Source of the DNA: Octopus sinensis
Lineage: Eukaryota
Direction: 5' to 3'
Length of the DNA: 64,000 bases
Assembly (NCBI RefSeq): GCF_006345805.1
Contig: NC_042997.1
Coordinates: 189,410,001 to 189,474,000 of the forward strand
The notes under the pieces were generated by a model. It was not told the DNA's origin. It did not search any database and was given only the letters and a program-made list of their open reading frames with translations. Shown piece by piece: positions 26,966-40,199 of the stretch (its first letter is position 1; each line of letters begins with the position of its first letter). The position numbers and the translations under genes were made by a program.

Positions 26966-27333
26966 TGTGGCAACTTGAAGATCCACCCACCACGCACGAT
27001 AGACTGGCGGTTGCACGGGCGCGAAAGCTACCTTGTTATCTTCATTCCGTAAACGGTGGTTTTTAACGGGTGGAGAGCTGAACCTTCTTGGGGTATAGAG
27101 GATTCGCAATCTAGACTAGGGTTTACCACACCATAGTGGGTTACACCATGGTTCCTCTGCTTTGTGGCAGAAGTAGGAAGAAAGATTGAGAGAAGCAATA
27201 ACGAGTATAAACAGCCGAAATTGCAAAGATAATCTGGAACTCGAATGAGGAATGACACGTCCTTCTTTTCTTTGTATCGTCTATCTGGATGTTTTGTGTT
27301 CTTGACCTATTTTGTATTTTACACACACACACA

Positions 27334-27377
<44 letters not shown>

Positions 27378-27422
27378 TCACACACACACACATACACACA
27401 CATACACACACACATATATATA

Positions 27423-27575
27423 GGGGAGAATTCACAAAAAAACAAAAGACGAAAGACAGGTGGTGCACACAACAAACAGATGTATTAATATAACGCTCGG
27501 GAAGTGAAAAAGTATTTAACGTTTTGAGCCTACGCTCTTCCTCAGAAAGGAACACAGAAAAAAAACAAGGAGAGA
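27423..27575 (-). mobile_element. Penelope-like terminal repeat family S6 with decayed minimal hammerhead
   Basis: Minus strand CTTT CTGAGGA A GAGC-GTAG-GCTC AAAA CGT T AAA (GAAA mutated to AAAA); other copies at 37955-38130 (+) and 54925-55105 (+). Confidence 0.7.
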
Positions 27576-28518
27576 AAATATATATACTGCTGTGTCTGGG
27601 GATAGTCATTCTATTTTAGTGCCTTATAAGTCAACACACTCACCGGTAAAATTTCCACTCATTTCTTTCTTTATTTAAAAAAGAAATTTCGTTGCCTCTT
27701 GCAATCTTTTCGATAGTTTTGATTCTGTCCGTTATTCACATTGCGTTATTTTTGTTTGTTTGTGCGCATGTGTGTGCATACACATGTATGTATGTATGTA
27801 TGTATGTATGTATGTATGTATGTATGTATGTATGTATGTATGTATGTATGTATGTATATATATGTATGCATGTGTGTATGCATGTATGTGTGTGCATATG
27901 TATATATGTATGTATCTGTGTGCATTTGTATGGATGGATGTGTATCTCCATATGTGTCCTTATGTGAAGTGAGATGTGTGTGTGTATATATGGTCATGTG
28001 TTTCAGTCTTCATTTGTGGATGTGTGTATATGTATATGTTATATATATATATGTATGTATGTTTGTATATATATACATATATATAACACACACATACACA
28101 CACACACACACACACCACACACACACACACACACACATATATATTATTATATATATATATATATAATATATATATATAACAAAATGGGGTGAGGTTCACT
28201 ACTACAGCTGTTTCAGACAAGATTTTTTTTTACTGATGAACACAAATCAATTACATCATGTACAAAAGACACCCATATGTGTGTATATATATATATATTA
28301 TATATATATATATAATATATATAATATATATATATATATTGTGTGTGTGTGTGATATATTATATATGTATATATCTATCTATATATATGTATATAGGTAT
28401 ATGTATATACATACATTTTTTGTATATATGTATATCCATATATGTGTATATACATATGTGTGTGTGTATGTATGTACATGTATATAAATATATACACATT
28501 AATGTATATACATGCATG

Positions 28519-28558
<40 letters not shown>

Positions 28559-28782
28559 CTTACATAAATATGTATATATTTGCGTATATACATGCTTGTT
28601 TGAGTTTGTATGTATGTATATGTGTTATGTCCGTGTATTCGCATACACATACACGACGACGTGATTCATCTACTTCTTCCGAATCAATAAACTCTGCTCA
28701 ATGTATTGAGAACATTTTCTCGTCTGTAGCTCCAACATTTCACACACAAAGGCGCACACAGAGGATTATATATATATATAAA

Positions 28783-29864
28783 TTATATAAAAGGGCTTAG
28801 TAAAATAAATTACTTTGCCACATACTGAACTCATTAGAAATAGTAGCTAAAAAAACGTTTTAAAACTATTTCTAATACTTAAAGAAAATCTCTCTCATAT
28901 AGTGTTTGCTCAATTCAACCACGAAAGTATGGGGGTAATGACATAAAAAATCAAATGCAAAGGTATTTGAGAACGTACGTTTCAAGATAGTCAACTCGAA
29001 TTTCTATCATCAGCTCAGAACTCTTGGTTTGCAAATAACCTTTGCATTTGATTTTTTAATGTCTTACCCCCATACTTCGTGAGTTGAATTGAGCAAACAT
29101 TATATGAGAGAGATTTTCTTTAAGTTTAGAAATAGTTTTAAAAAAGTTTTTTTAGCTACTATTTCTAATGAGTTCAGTATATGGGCAAAGTAATTTATTT
29201 TACTAAGCCCTTTTATATAATGTAATAATTTGAATTCGCCTTAAATGGTCTCTTACATACTGAACTTGGTGAAATGATTAATAATTAATTAATTTTACCC
29301 TCAATTGTTGAAATTAAATTCATCTCTCTCTATTTAATGCTTCGGATTTTACCGAAAAAGCATAGTGTTTACTGATTTTAACCCACGCTGGTGGAAAGGG
29401 GAGAGCAGAAATTCTTCGCTTGCATATTTTGGGTTTGCTGGCACTGTTAGTTTCGAGCAGATCTTCAGAAGCGATAAGAAGCCGAAAGGGTATGCTCCCA
29501 CTTTCAGTGTTTTCAAATCCAAACCAAGGAGTTCTGAGCTGATGATAGAAATGTCGAGTTGACTAATCTTGAAACGTACGTTCCAAATAACCTTTGCATT
29601 TGATTTTTTAATGTCTTTACCCCCATACTTTCGTGAGTTGAATTGAGCAAACACTATGAGAGAGATTTTCTTTAAGTATTAGAAATAGTTTTAAAAAAGT
29701 TTTTTAGCTACTATTTCTAATGAGTTCAGTATGTGGCAAAGTAATTTATTTTACTAAGCCCTTTTATATAATGTAATAATTTGAATTCGCCTTAAATGGT
29801 CCCTTTACATACTGAATACTTGGTGAAATTGATTAATAATTATTAATTTTACCCTCAATTGTTG

Positions 29865-29868
<4 letters not shown>
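28783..29868. mobile_element. Hammerhead-containing ~551-bp tandem repeat with inverted 5' piece (P1a; Penelope pLTR-like or retrozyme-like)
   Basis: Inverted arm 28783-29031 followed by 1.5 forward monomers (CAAATAACCTTTGC at 29032 and 29584); hammerheads at 28968-29017 (-) and 29535-29586 (+). Confidence 0.8.
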
Positions 29869-29917
<49 letters not shown>

Positions 29918-30322
29918 AGACTACATGCATTGAATATTGAAAATTGACTGGAATATGGGTTAGATGAAAGCGGACAGGAAACTCCTAACATGCAACAAAA
30001 GTTAATTCGGAGGAAAGTCCTAGAATTGAACTTTCTCACATTTTATTGAAGTAGATTTAGCTTCACTGACGCCAACGTGTCGTATTATTAACTATTTAGT
30101 ATCCACAGCTGTCTGTTATCAGGATTTTTGACGATTTTGTAAGACTTATCCCATGCATCCACACAAATTTTTTGGGAGGATAATACACATACGCACATGC
30201 ATATGCGCGTGTGTGTGTGAGCGTATGTAGGTATGTGTGTGCGTGAGTTTTTGTATGTGCGTGTGCACCCTTGTATCGAAACAAAACCCGTCTTCAATGG
30301 CAAATACTGACACATGTGTACC

Positions 30323-30353
<31 letters not shown>

Positions 30354-30389
30354 TACAGAGGCACGTATATATATACATATATATATTAC

Positions 30390-30424
<35 letters not shown>

Positions 30425-30546
30425 CATATATATATTATATATATATATATATATATACATGTATGAGTGTATGCATATATATGTTTATGTCTGTGTATGT
30501 GTAAATATACATTTGTGCATTATATGTAAAGATACACATATGCTTA

Positions 30547-30577
<31 letters not shown>

Positions 30578-30627
30578 AACATATACATATATATATACAC
30601 ATAGATATGCATACATACATTCATACA

Positions 30628-30661
<34 letters not shown>

Positions 30662-33369
30662 CATACATATGTGCATTCATACATACATGCATGCATAAAC
30701 ACACGCATATAGATATATATACACACAAGCATATACATATATATATATTATATATATATTGTGGGTTGATGTATACAAACAGGCATACATGCATACATAC
30801 ATACATACATACATACATATACATACATACATACATACATAACATACATACGTAGATGCAGGCACGCACATGTGTGCAGTATGTGTAATTTTAGAATTAG
30901 CAAGTTTATCTGATTTCGTTGTTTTCTGGGTTTTGAGTGAAAAACACAGAAATCAGATAACATATTAAAAACAAAAACACAAACAAAAACCAGAACTAAA
31001 AAAAAAAAAACAGAAAAAACACTATAAAACAAATAGATGCACAACAGCAGAGTCTATATATTTTTTTTTCTACCATTCTTCTATTTGAGTGTTTAGTACA
31101 TCCAATATTTTGACGTATTCTCTATTTAGCTATTAATTGTTAAGTTCTAAGATTTCATATTTCATCTCGTCTTCCTTATCAAAGCTCAACTTGGCCTGAA
31201 GGTGTGGCTTTCATTTCAGCTGAATCAGTGCATCTCCATTGATTTGCTGATGCCGCTATTCACTGCAAAAATAATTGATGCAGTTCCCGTTTAAGTACAC
31301 CATTAACTGCTGATGCATTGTTTGTCCTTATAGTTATGTGAGTTCATCATTAAATAAATAAAAAAAAAAATAGCGAAGCGCTGGTGAATAAAAATAAAAT
31401 AAAATAGAATAAAATATATAAACTAAGCTGTGGATTTATTGCAGTTTTTAACGCTATAGTTATCGAATGGTTCAGAATAAACAGCGGCAGGTTTGAGGAA
31501 TGGTGTCTGTAAATTTCTATAACAAAAAGAAAGCTAAATAAAACAAAACACACACAAAAAAAAGAACACCTCCACAAATATTGTTGTTTTATCATTTCTG
31601 TGAAATAAACTTTTTGTTTCGTTAATCTTCTGGATTATTGGATGGGTGATTTTAACCACGCCCAATATTGTATACCCAATAATTCTATAGACATAAACTT
31701 TAAAAAGTTTTGGCTAGAATCACGCCACGCCCAAAATGATTCAGTTAAATGGTATTTAAGTTTTGTGAAATATTTTTTTATTGAGTCAGGCGAGTTTTTA
31801 CTTGGATTTCAATACGCTATACGTCCAATATTATTTTCTTAAGTACACGGTCAGCTCTTTTTTTTTTAGGGGAAGATGTAGTTAATTGGATCAACTCCAG
31901 GTCGATCCAATTATCTCATTTTTTTTTCTTATCGATCCTGTTTGATCGAAAGCTAAAAGCACTTCCGGTAAAAGAAAGAAGAAACAGTGGAAAGTAGAAA
32001 AGAAGTCTACCTGTTTACTGTTATCATAATCATGTCTTACAAATCTGTATCCTTTCATTATTGCTGGGTCGCTAAAATAAGTACTGTCAAGTACTGAGGT
32101 CAATATAATCGGCTTTATAATCGATTATTGCACTTCTACCAATATTAGAAATAATTACACTAATCTAAGAAGAAATCCGATAATTTTCCCCTCTTCCATG
32201 ACTGCCGTATAATCACTATTAAGTTTATACAGACTTAACATAAGATTAAGTTCTCATTTCATTCACGTTCATACCTTTTTCATGTTTTGCTTACATCTGA
32301 CCGACAAATAATGCCTTTCTCACCTTTATCGTATTCGCTGGTGCAAACTAGTGGCCCTGGTAGCGTTTACGTATGAAACCCCTAACTACTTATTTCAAAG
32401 CGATATTATTCCATAGCGTTTAAGTAATATACAGTTCCCAGTTCAAGGCGTACCACTTGTTACATAAGGCTTTCTAGCCGTTCAAGAATTTTGACCTGGA
32501 GATCTCCATTTCCAGCGACTTCGAGGGCTACCTTTCAGTGGTGTCGGGCGTCAACGAAGAGCCCTCGACTACAACAAGATGACCAAAGTTTTTTTTTCCA
32601 AGGCCTGGGGTCTCCCGCCCATAAGCCCTACACCATCACCTAATCACCCTTACCAGTCTTGTTGCTTAACAAAAAAAATAAAATAAAATAAAAGGAGGCT
32701 TTCCAGTGACATCGGGTAGGCTTTTGAGTTAGTTGACACATCTTAGTTTCATTCTTTTGTTCATATTGTGGCACGAATAAACATTTTTGATTTCACCCTC
32801 GGAGGAAGAAGGTTAATGATTCTGACCGTTTTCAAAATCTATAAGACGGATGATAGGAAATGTTCCTAAAATTGCATAGCTGAACTGAATGCATGTAGCA
32901 GAGTTGCTACTACTAAAGATACTACATGGGAAGGAAGTAATGTTAAACTGGGTGAGAACCTGAGTATACCGCCAGAATTACTGTTAAAGTGAACTGAAAT
33001 AACTGTTACTGCGAGCTTATAAAAGTCTGGAGAACGGCCTACCAGAGACATGGTGGTGTTAAGATAAAAAAGAAGACAGCTTCTTTAATACAAATAGCTG
33101 TCTGCTCTTTCAGAAAACCCAAACACACCTCAAAATCTCATGATGTCTTGATTAAGATGGTGCAGCATCTTTCAATAAGCCATATAGAGTTTCGTATTTA
33201 AAAGATTATTTGCTTGAACAACAAGCATCCAATTCCAAATTTCCACCCTTGCCCACGGCTTCAATCTCTAAACGTGTATAATACCTTATGCACTCACACT
33301 CTCTCTGTATAAATAAATACATACATACATGCATATATATGCATGTATGTATGTACGAATGTATGTATG

Positions 33370-33403
<34 letters not shown>

Positions 33404-33483
33404 TGTATGTGTATGTGTGTATGTATGTATGTATGTATGTATATATATAATATATATATATATTATATATATATATATATATA

Positions 33484-34804
33484 TTATCAACAATTTGAGG
33501 TGGGTAAAATTAATTAGTTATTATCAATTTCACCAAGTATTCAGTATGTAAAAGGACCATTTAAGGCGAATTCAAAATATACATTATATAATTAGGGCTT
33601 AGTAAAATAAATACTTTGCCACATACTGAACTTGCTAGAAATAGCAGCCAAAAAAGTTTTTTGCCATTTCCACTACTTAAAGAAAATCTCTCAGATAATG
33701 TTTACTCAAAATAACTCACGAAGGTATGGAGGTAAAAACAGAAAAATATCACAAGTACAAAGATTATTTGAGAACGTTAACGTTTCTAGATTAGCCAAAT
33801 AAATCAGCATTTCTTTCGTCAGCTCAACATTTCTTATTTGGATTTGGAAGCACTAAAAAGAAAGAACATACCCTTTGGCGACTTATCACCTCAGATGACC
33901 CGTTCAGACTGCCAGTACCAACAAATTCAAAATGTGCAAGCGAAGATTCCCTGCTCTCCCCTTCCACCCACATTATCTAGCAAACATTATATTTTAACGG
34001 TGAGAACCGAGGCAATATGACAGAGAGAAATGAATTATAATATCAACAATTGAGGGTAAAATTAATTAGTTATTAATCAATTTCACCAAGTATTCAGTAT
34101 GTAAAAGGACCATTTAAGGCGAATTCAAATATTACATTATATAATTAGGGCTAGTAAAATAAATACTTTGCCACATACTGAACTTGCTAGGAAATAGCAG
34201 CCAGTATGTGGCAAAGTAATTTATTTACTAAGCCCTAATTATATAATGTAATATTTTGAATTCGCCTTAAATGGTCCTTTTACATACTGAATACTGGTGA
34301 AATTGATTAATAACTAATTAATTTTACCCTCAATTGTTGATATTATAATTCATTTCTCTCTGTCATATTGCCTCTTCTCACTGTTAAAATATAATGTTTG
34401 CTAGATAATGTGGGTGGAGGAAGGGGAGAGCAGGGAATCTTCGCTTGCACATTTTGAATTTGTTGGTACTGGCAGTCTGAACGGGTCATCTGACATCTGA
34501 GGTGATAAGTCGCCAAAGGGTATGTTCTTTCTTTTTAGTGCTTCCAAATCCAAAATAAGAAATGTTGAGCTGACGAAAGAAATGCTGAGTTTATTTGGCT
34601 AATCTAGAAACGTTAACGTTCTCAAATAATCTTTGTACTTGTGATATTTTTCTGTTTTTACCTCCATACTTCGTGAGTTATTTTGAGTAAACATTACTGA
34701 GAGAAAGAAATTTCTTTAAGTAGTGGAAATGGCAAAAAACTTTTTGGCTGCTATTTCTAGCAAGTTCAGTATGTGGCAAAGTAATTTATTTACTAAGCCC
34801 TAAT

Positions 34805-34812
<8 letters not shown>
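33484..34812. mobile_element. Diverged sister family P1b: ~556-bp tandem unit plus ~600-bp fold-back
   Basis: ATCAACAATT recurs at 33486 and 34042; inversion point 34202/34203; hammerheads at 33768-33827 (-) and 34565-34625 (+). Confidence 0.8.
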
Positions 34813-34837
<25 letters not shown>

Positions 34838-34987
34838 CCGGAGTAAACACATAAATGTGAAACAAGTGGAAAAAAAGAGTACTCAAATACCATTCTAGCA
34901 AAAACTGTCTGATGAACGGCAACGATAAACTCAGAGTAACAGATTTTGTTGAATTTTCTGCTTCTTAAAATAAAGCATATTACTCTA
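34838..34987 (+). mobile_element. Penelope-like terminal fragment with decayed hammerhead
   Basis: CTGT CTGATGA ACG-GCAA-CGA TAAA CTCAGAGT A ACAG (34905-34942); G12 of GAAA lost. Confidence 0.55.
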
Positions 34988-35009
34988 AGTATATATATAT
35001 ATATATATA

Positions 35010-35276
35010 TATTAGAAGAAATAAGGTACTCAGAAATCTGGATGGTTTTACATTTACAGATTTTTATTAATATGTCACATGTTTTTATAAATATATATTA
35101 GCGCTTGCATCCACTCTAGTAGAATCTCCAGAGAGAATCTTGAAATTCTACTAGAGTAGATGCAAGCGCTAAGATATGATTTATAAAAATACGTGACATA
35201 TTAAATCAGTAATATTAAATATTAAATCAGTAAATATAAACCATCCAAATTTCTGAGTACCTTATTTCTTCTAATA
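35010..35276. repeat. Fold-back (MITE-like) element flanked by (TA)n
   Basis: Arms 35010-35125 and 35145-35276 are reverse complements apart from a short duplication in the right arm. Confidence 0.85.
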
Positions 35277-35311
35277 TATAATACCTGTACATCACCCCAA
35301 ACCTTCTAATA

Positions 35312-35345
<34 letters not shown>

Positions 35346-35450
35346 AATATATTAATCAAAATGAGGATGAAAAAAATTGGATATTAATTTAATAACATCA
35401 ATTTAACACCAGTGGTCTAGCGCATAAAAAAAACTGAGATTCAGTAAATA

Positions 35451-35925
35451 TTATTAATACACAAATTTGAGAGAGAATCCACTATGTGGACGCTCTTACG
35501 CTAAAGAGAGATCCGCATTAATCTCAACCACTAAGAATTGTTCTCAAGAAAAATTTAGCACACTGAACGTAAGCGAGCAGGACAAATGAAAAATAACAAA
35601 AATATAATTAACCCCATACAATTGTTTCACTGTTAATAAATTATGCAATTTTACTTACACAATTAATCCGCAGATCATCAGTGAGGTTCGTCATAAAATA
35701 TAATTTGTCGAACTGCACGCCAGATATTAACACGAGGTCAAAAATACGAGTAGTTCGGCCTATTATATTTTCAGTTATATTCAAATGCCCTCGTTCTAGC
35801 GCGCCAAGTTCTCGTAAATAAATACTGCATAAATAATTCACTGCAGTAGTTCACGCCGGTTTGAGAACATATTAGCGTAAGAGCGTCCACATAGTGATTC
35901 TCTCTCATATTGGTATATTATAATA
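35451..35925 (-). mobile_element. Element with ~50-bp inverted ends and an internal hammerhead (35610-35688, minus)
   Basis: GAGAGAGAATCCACTATGTGGACGCTCTTACGCTAA / TTAGCGTAAGAGCGTCCACATAGTGATTCTCTCTC; minus strand AACCTCA CTGATGA ... GAAA CAATTGT A TGGGGTT. Confidence 0.75.
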
Positions 35926-35935
35926 TATTAATATA

Positions 35936-35978
<43 letters not shown>

Positions 35979-36849
35979 CATACATAATACATACATACAT
36001 ACATACATACATCATACATAATACATACATACACAACAACATATACATATATTCGCATGTGTATGTAAATATAAATGTAGATATATATCTCTATCAGTAT
36101 ATACTAAGGAAAAGACGGGGTATATACTTGTATGTATGTATGTCTGTGTGTATGTATGTATGTATGTATGTATGCATGCATTCATGAATATATGCATGTC
36201 TGTATGGATAGATGTATGTATGCATTCATGCATGTGTGCATGTATGTATGTATGCATGCATGTGTGCATGTATGTATGCATGCATACACGCCTGCCTGCC
36301 TGTATGTATGTATGTAGCAGGTGAACAATTGGCATAGTTGTTTGAGCGATGGTTATAATGCGTTGTGTTAATTTTTACGGTTCTCTGCACTCCGTGATCA
36401 AATTCTGCAAAGTTTAACTGTTATAATTTGAGAATCCATAAAGAACCATTCCAGTACTTCTGGAACCTTCTCTCCCCCGAGACGTCATATTCTGGACGTT
36501 TAGATAGAACAAATGTTGGTAACACGAGAGAGTATTTGCTTGTGCACCAAAAAGAATTGGCGAAAACATTGTAAGCAACTAAATCTTTGCGAGTGACTCT
36601 CCTCGTAAATATACATACATATATATAGGTCTCTGTATATGTGTTTGTGTGTATGTGTGTATGTGTGTATATGTGTGTGTATGTGTGTGAGTTTGTGTAT
36701 GTATTTTGACGAAGCCTTAAAAACGGTGGCAGCTAATTTCTGTTCTTCATAAAGTTAAAATCTTTGTTTGAAACTTTGCTTTATTTTCATCTTGAGTTTC
36801 ATTTCACCTTCTTTCAGTTTTTAAATTATAATAATTTTTTCCATAGCCT

Positions 36850-37500
36850 TACTTCTATTTCTTTTCGTGCTTCTTTTTGTCATTGACTTCTTGAAGTGTT
36901 TTTAGTCGTTTTCCTTCAACCCGACGTCGATAAATGAAATTTTCTTTGTTTAACATACAATTACTTGTATATTCGAAAAGTCATCTCTATTTCTTACTCT
37001 TACACTCACCACCCACTTTCATCATTCGTCTTCACCGATTCATTTCATATAATCAATTCTTCCCTTTCCCCCTTGCTTTCTGTAGAGTCTTTGTTTTAAA
37101 TTTCAACAAAGTATACCTCACCTCTTCACCTTTCTTACTGTCTCCCACCTTCCCACAATCATTGATATCATACACAATTTTCAATATCTCACTTACTGTT
37201 GATCATTCGGTCATATTCAATACTTCCGTAATTTTATCATATTGTCGCTCTAAATTTCTCTCTCTGTTTATTGTGTTGCTGAAAATATTTTCCTTTACCC
37301 ACTCGCGCTAAGTTCCTCCTATCTCACTTTCTTTGTACATTACTTATATTTCAGTGTCTGTTCTCATGACTGCTCGGTTCACTTCTTCGATGGCAGCAAG
37401 TTATTTCTGTCACACGCTCTCACTTCACCCCACACGGTCAGTATCGGAAATATCAACTTATCTAATCCATATCTATTTATAATATTTTTTCTTTTCCCTT
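36850..37500 (-). pseudogene. Possible decayed CR1/L2 ORF1 remnant
   Basis: Purine-rich minus strand with REKKNIINRYGL, RYTLLKFK..LQKAR and FIYRRRVEGKRLKTLQE, loosely matching CR1/L2 ORF1 motifs; many stops. Confidence 0.3.
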
Positions 37501-37653
37501 AATCCACTCTTCTCATAACAGTCTTATCATTCTCAAAACTGTCTTATCCTTCTATATTCCTGACTGAAGTAGGAAAATCGATAGAGTGTGATACAAGTAA
37601 AACCAGATAAGCAAGAAGGAGCGCTTGACTTGGCATTACACACACACAAACAA

Positions 37654-37872
37654 ATGGGAGTGCGTGCTGAAAAGTACCTGGTTTTGAGAGTATTGCGAAA
37701 GACCTCGTTGGAGGACAACCTTCCAAGTTCTTTTACAGGGCTTAGAAAAACTGAAGGAGTGCTGCAATAAGTGTGTGAATCTGAGAGGAGAATGTGTTGA
37801 GTAATATCATAATTAACTGATCCTCTTGTATTTTCTTTTACCCAAAGCCAGGAACTTTTCAGCACCTCCTCG
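37654..37872 (+). mobile_element. Mariner deletion derivative
   Basis: TIR GTGCTGAAAAGTACCTGG / CCAGGAACTTTTCAGCAC then TA; C-terminal FLQGLEKLKECCNKCVNLRGECVE*. Confidence 0.75.
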
Positions 37873-37954
37873 TATATATACAAACTTGAATTTTTGCACA
37901 CACACATACGCACGGACGCACGCGAACATACACATTTATATATATATATATATA

Positions 37955-38130
37955 TGATATATCGCTAGCCACTACACACATTTTTTTCTTTCTGTGTCCC
38001 TTTCTGTGGAAGAGCGTAGGCTCGAAACGTTAGGGACTTTTTCATTTCCCGAGCGTTATACTAATACAACTGTTTGTTTTCTACACCACCTGTCTTTGTC
38101 TTCTGTTTTTTTTATTGTGAATTCTCTCTC
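37955..38130 (+). mobile_element. S6 Penelope-like terminal repeat
   Basis: CTGTGGA A GAGCGTAGGCTC GAAACGT (core A6 mutated). Confidence 0.7.
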
Positions 38131-38190
38131 TATATATACACACACTTCGGTTATAAGGACACGTATGTGTGTGTGTGTATGCTATTAGAA

Positions 38191-38487
38191 GACTCCCTCC
38201 TTTGGTCATGAATGACCATGGGATTGCACCTAGAGAGTTCCCCTCCAAGGCACAAGTCCGGACAAGCGTGTTTGTGGAAGACCAGCAGTCGCCCATGCAT
38301 ACCATCCTCCCCTCTCCACGCCACCAGTGTTGTCCAATGGAAACGCAACTAACCAATGCAGCTTGGTACCAGTGATGTTGCAACTTATTTCTACAGCTGA
38401 TTGAACAGGAGCAACACACAGCCCAGTCTAGCAATCGAACTCACTACCTCATGATTGTGAGCCTGACTCTCTAACCACCGAGACATG

Positions 38488-38495
<8 letters not shown>
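38191..38495 (-). mobile_element. SINE related to 63161-63405
   Basis: Shared TTGCAACATCACTGGTACCAAG and GGTGCAATCCCATGGTCATTCAT blocks; tRNA-like head. Confidence 0.75.
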
Positions 38496-38524
<29 letters not shown>

Positions 38525-39230
38525 CACACTCTGACACTACCTTATTTAGTGTCATTACATCTACACTTGCCCAAAGTATCTTAAGAATGCACATGCTCTC
38601 CATCAAGATGCATACATCCACTTAGAAAAGGATGTCTTCTTTGCGTTTTCTGTTTCACACAATCGCATCCAAACTTACAAGCCAGTTGACTGTATTAGCT
38701 ACTGATATATATATATACACAGCTCATCACTCTTATGCACTCAATACTATATACAGACGTCTTCTTGATGCACCCATTTATTCAGCCATATACTCTGAAT
38801 ATGTTCAAATGCACACAAGAACATCCATTCGACAAACACAACTACATACATACAGATTACACGTAACTATCACACACAGTCACATAACACTTCTTCATAT
38901 CAACATACTCTCATCAAAACATGTATATATACACGCATACGTGTACCTACACAGGCGTACGCCCACTTGCGCACACGCAAACACATGAACATAGAATGAA
39001 AATGAATCTAGCTATGTTTGAACTTAGGTTAACTATCATTTACATAGCTTTTAGGCAATTCTTTCCTTCGACGTTTTGTGGTAGGCCTAAAAGGTTACTC
39101 TCTGTAAACAAGTCTATTTTAGTGAAAATATGTTGTTCCACCCAGACTTTTGTTTAGTATCAGCCAAATTTATTCGAGATATAACATAGATAGATAAATA
39201 GACGTATAATATAAAAATTGCGTATATATA

Positions 39231-39305
<75 letters not shown>

Positions 39306-39419
39306 ACATGGCTTACTAAAACGAATGCATTTTTGTTTTTAATTTGAAGTTTTATCATTAGTCAATCAAATTTCACATTGTTGTCATATTTATATGTTAT
39401 CTTTCTACTTGATTCAGAC

Positions 39420-39632
39420 ATGGGACTGCTGTTATGCTTGGGCACCGCCTTGAAGGCCTTTGTCGAACAAGTTGACCCCCAGTCCTTTCTGTATTTAAGT
39501 CTGGTTCTTATTCTATAGGTCCCTTTTGCCGAACTGCTAAGTTACAGGGACGTACTAATACCAACAAAGCACAAAATACAAAGATGCACACACACGTACA
39601 CAAATATGCATACATACACAAAGTCACACACA

Positions 39633-39675
<43 letters not shown>

Positions 39676-39857
39676 CATATATACATACATAGAGACTCAC
39701 ACACACAGACACGCCCACAGCTGGCTTCTTTCAGTTTCTGCCTATCAGCTTTACTCACAAGGTTCTGGTCGGCCGCGTCTATATTAAACGTCACTTGCCC
39801 AAGGTACCGAACAGTGAGGTTGAACCCAAGACCGCATGGATGGGAAGCAAGTTTCTA
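39420..39857 (-). mobile_element. Diverged S1-like SINE
   Basis: CTTTTGCCGAACTGCTAAGTTAC, internal (CA)n, CACTTGCCCAAGGT. Confidence 0.75.
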
Positions 39858-40199
39858 AATAAGCCTTTCACTTTTAGTGGCCTGACACATTAATGATTTA
39901 AAAAAAGAAAAACGAAGTCTTCGTAAGAGATGCAAAACTGGGTCACTTTCACTTGAATTTCGTAGAATTCTTGTAGTTAAAAAAATCAGAAAAAAAGTAA
40001 TATAAAATTCCTGTAGATTTATTATCAAGGAGTTTAACACTTATGGCATATTGTCTCTTTCAAAATGCATTTTTAAAAGTTCTAAATATCAAGCAAAACA
40101 AATAAACACAGTAACAAATAATTGAAACGGAATCCTACGATGTCATTCAGAACTGAAAACCTTGTGTGGCAGACATGATAAAAAATGGTTTTCATTGAA

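Noticed and set aside
26965-27290. GC-richer block possibly an LTR or integrase tail (similar impression at 32440-32680)
   Set aside because: No second copy, TG..CA ends, PBS or coding motif could be supported
28195-28225. GAAACAGCTGTA half-hammerhead on the minus strand
   Set aside because: No CTGANGA core or stem I upstream; at best a fragment
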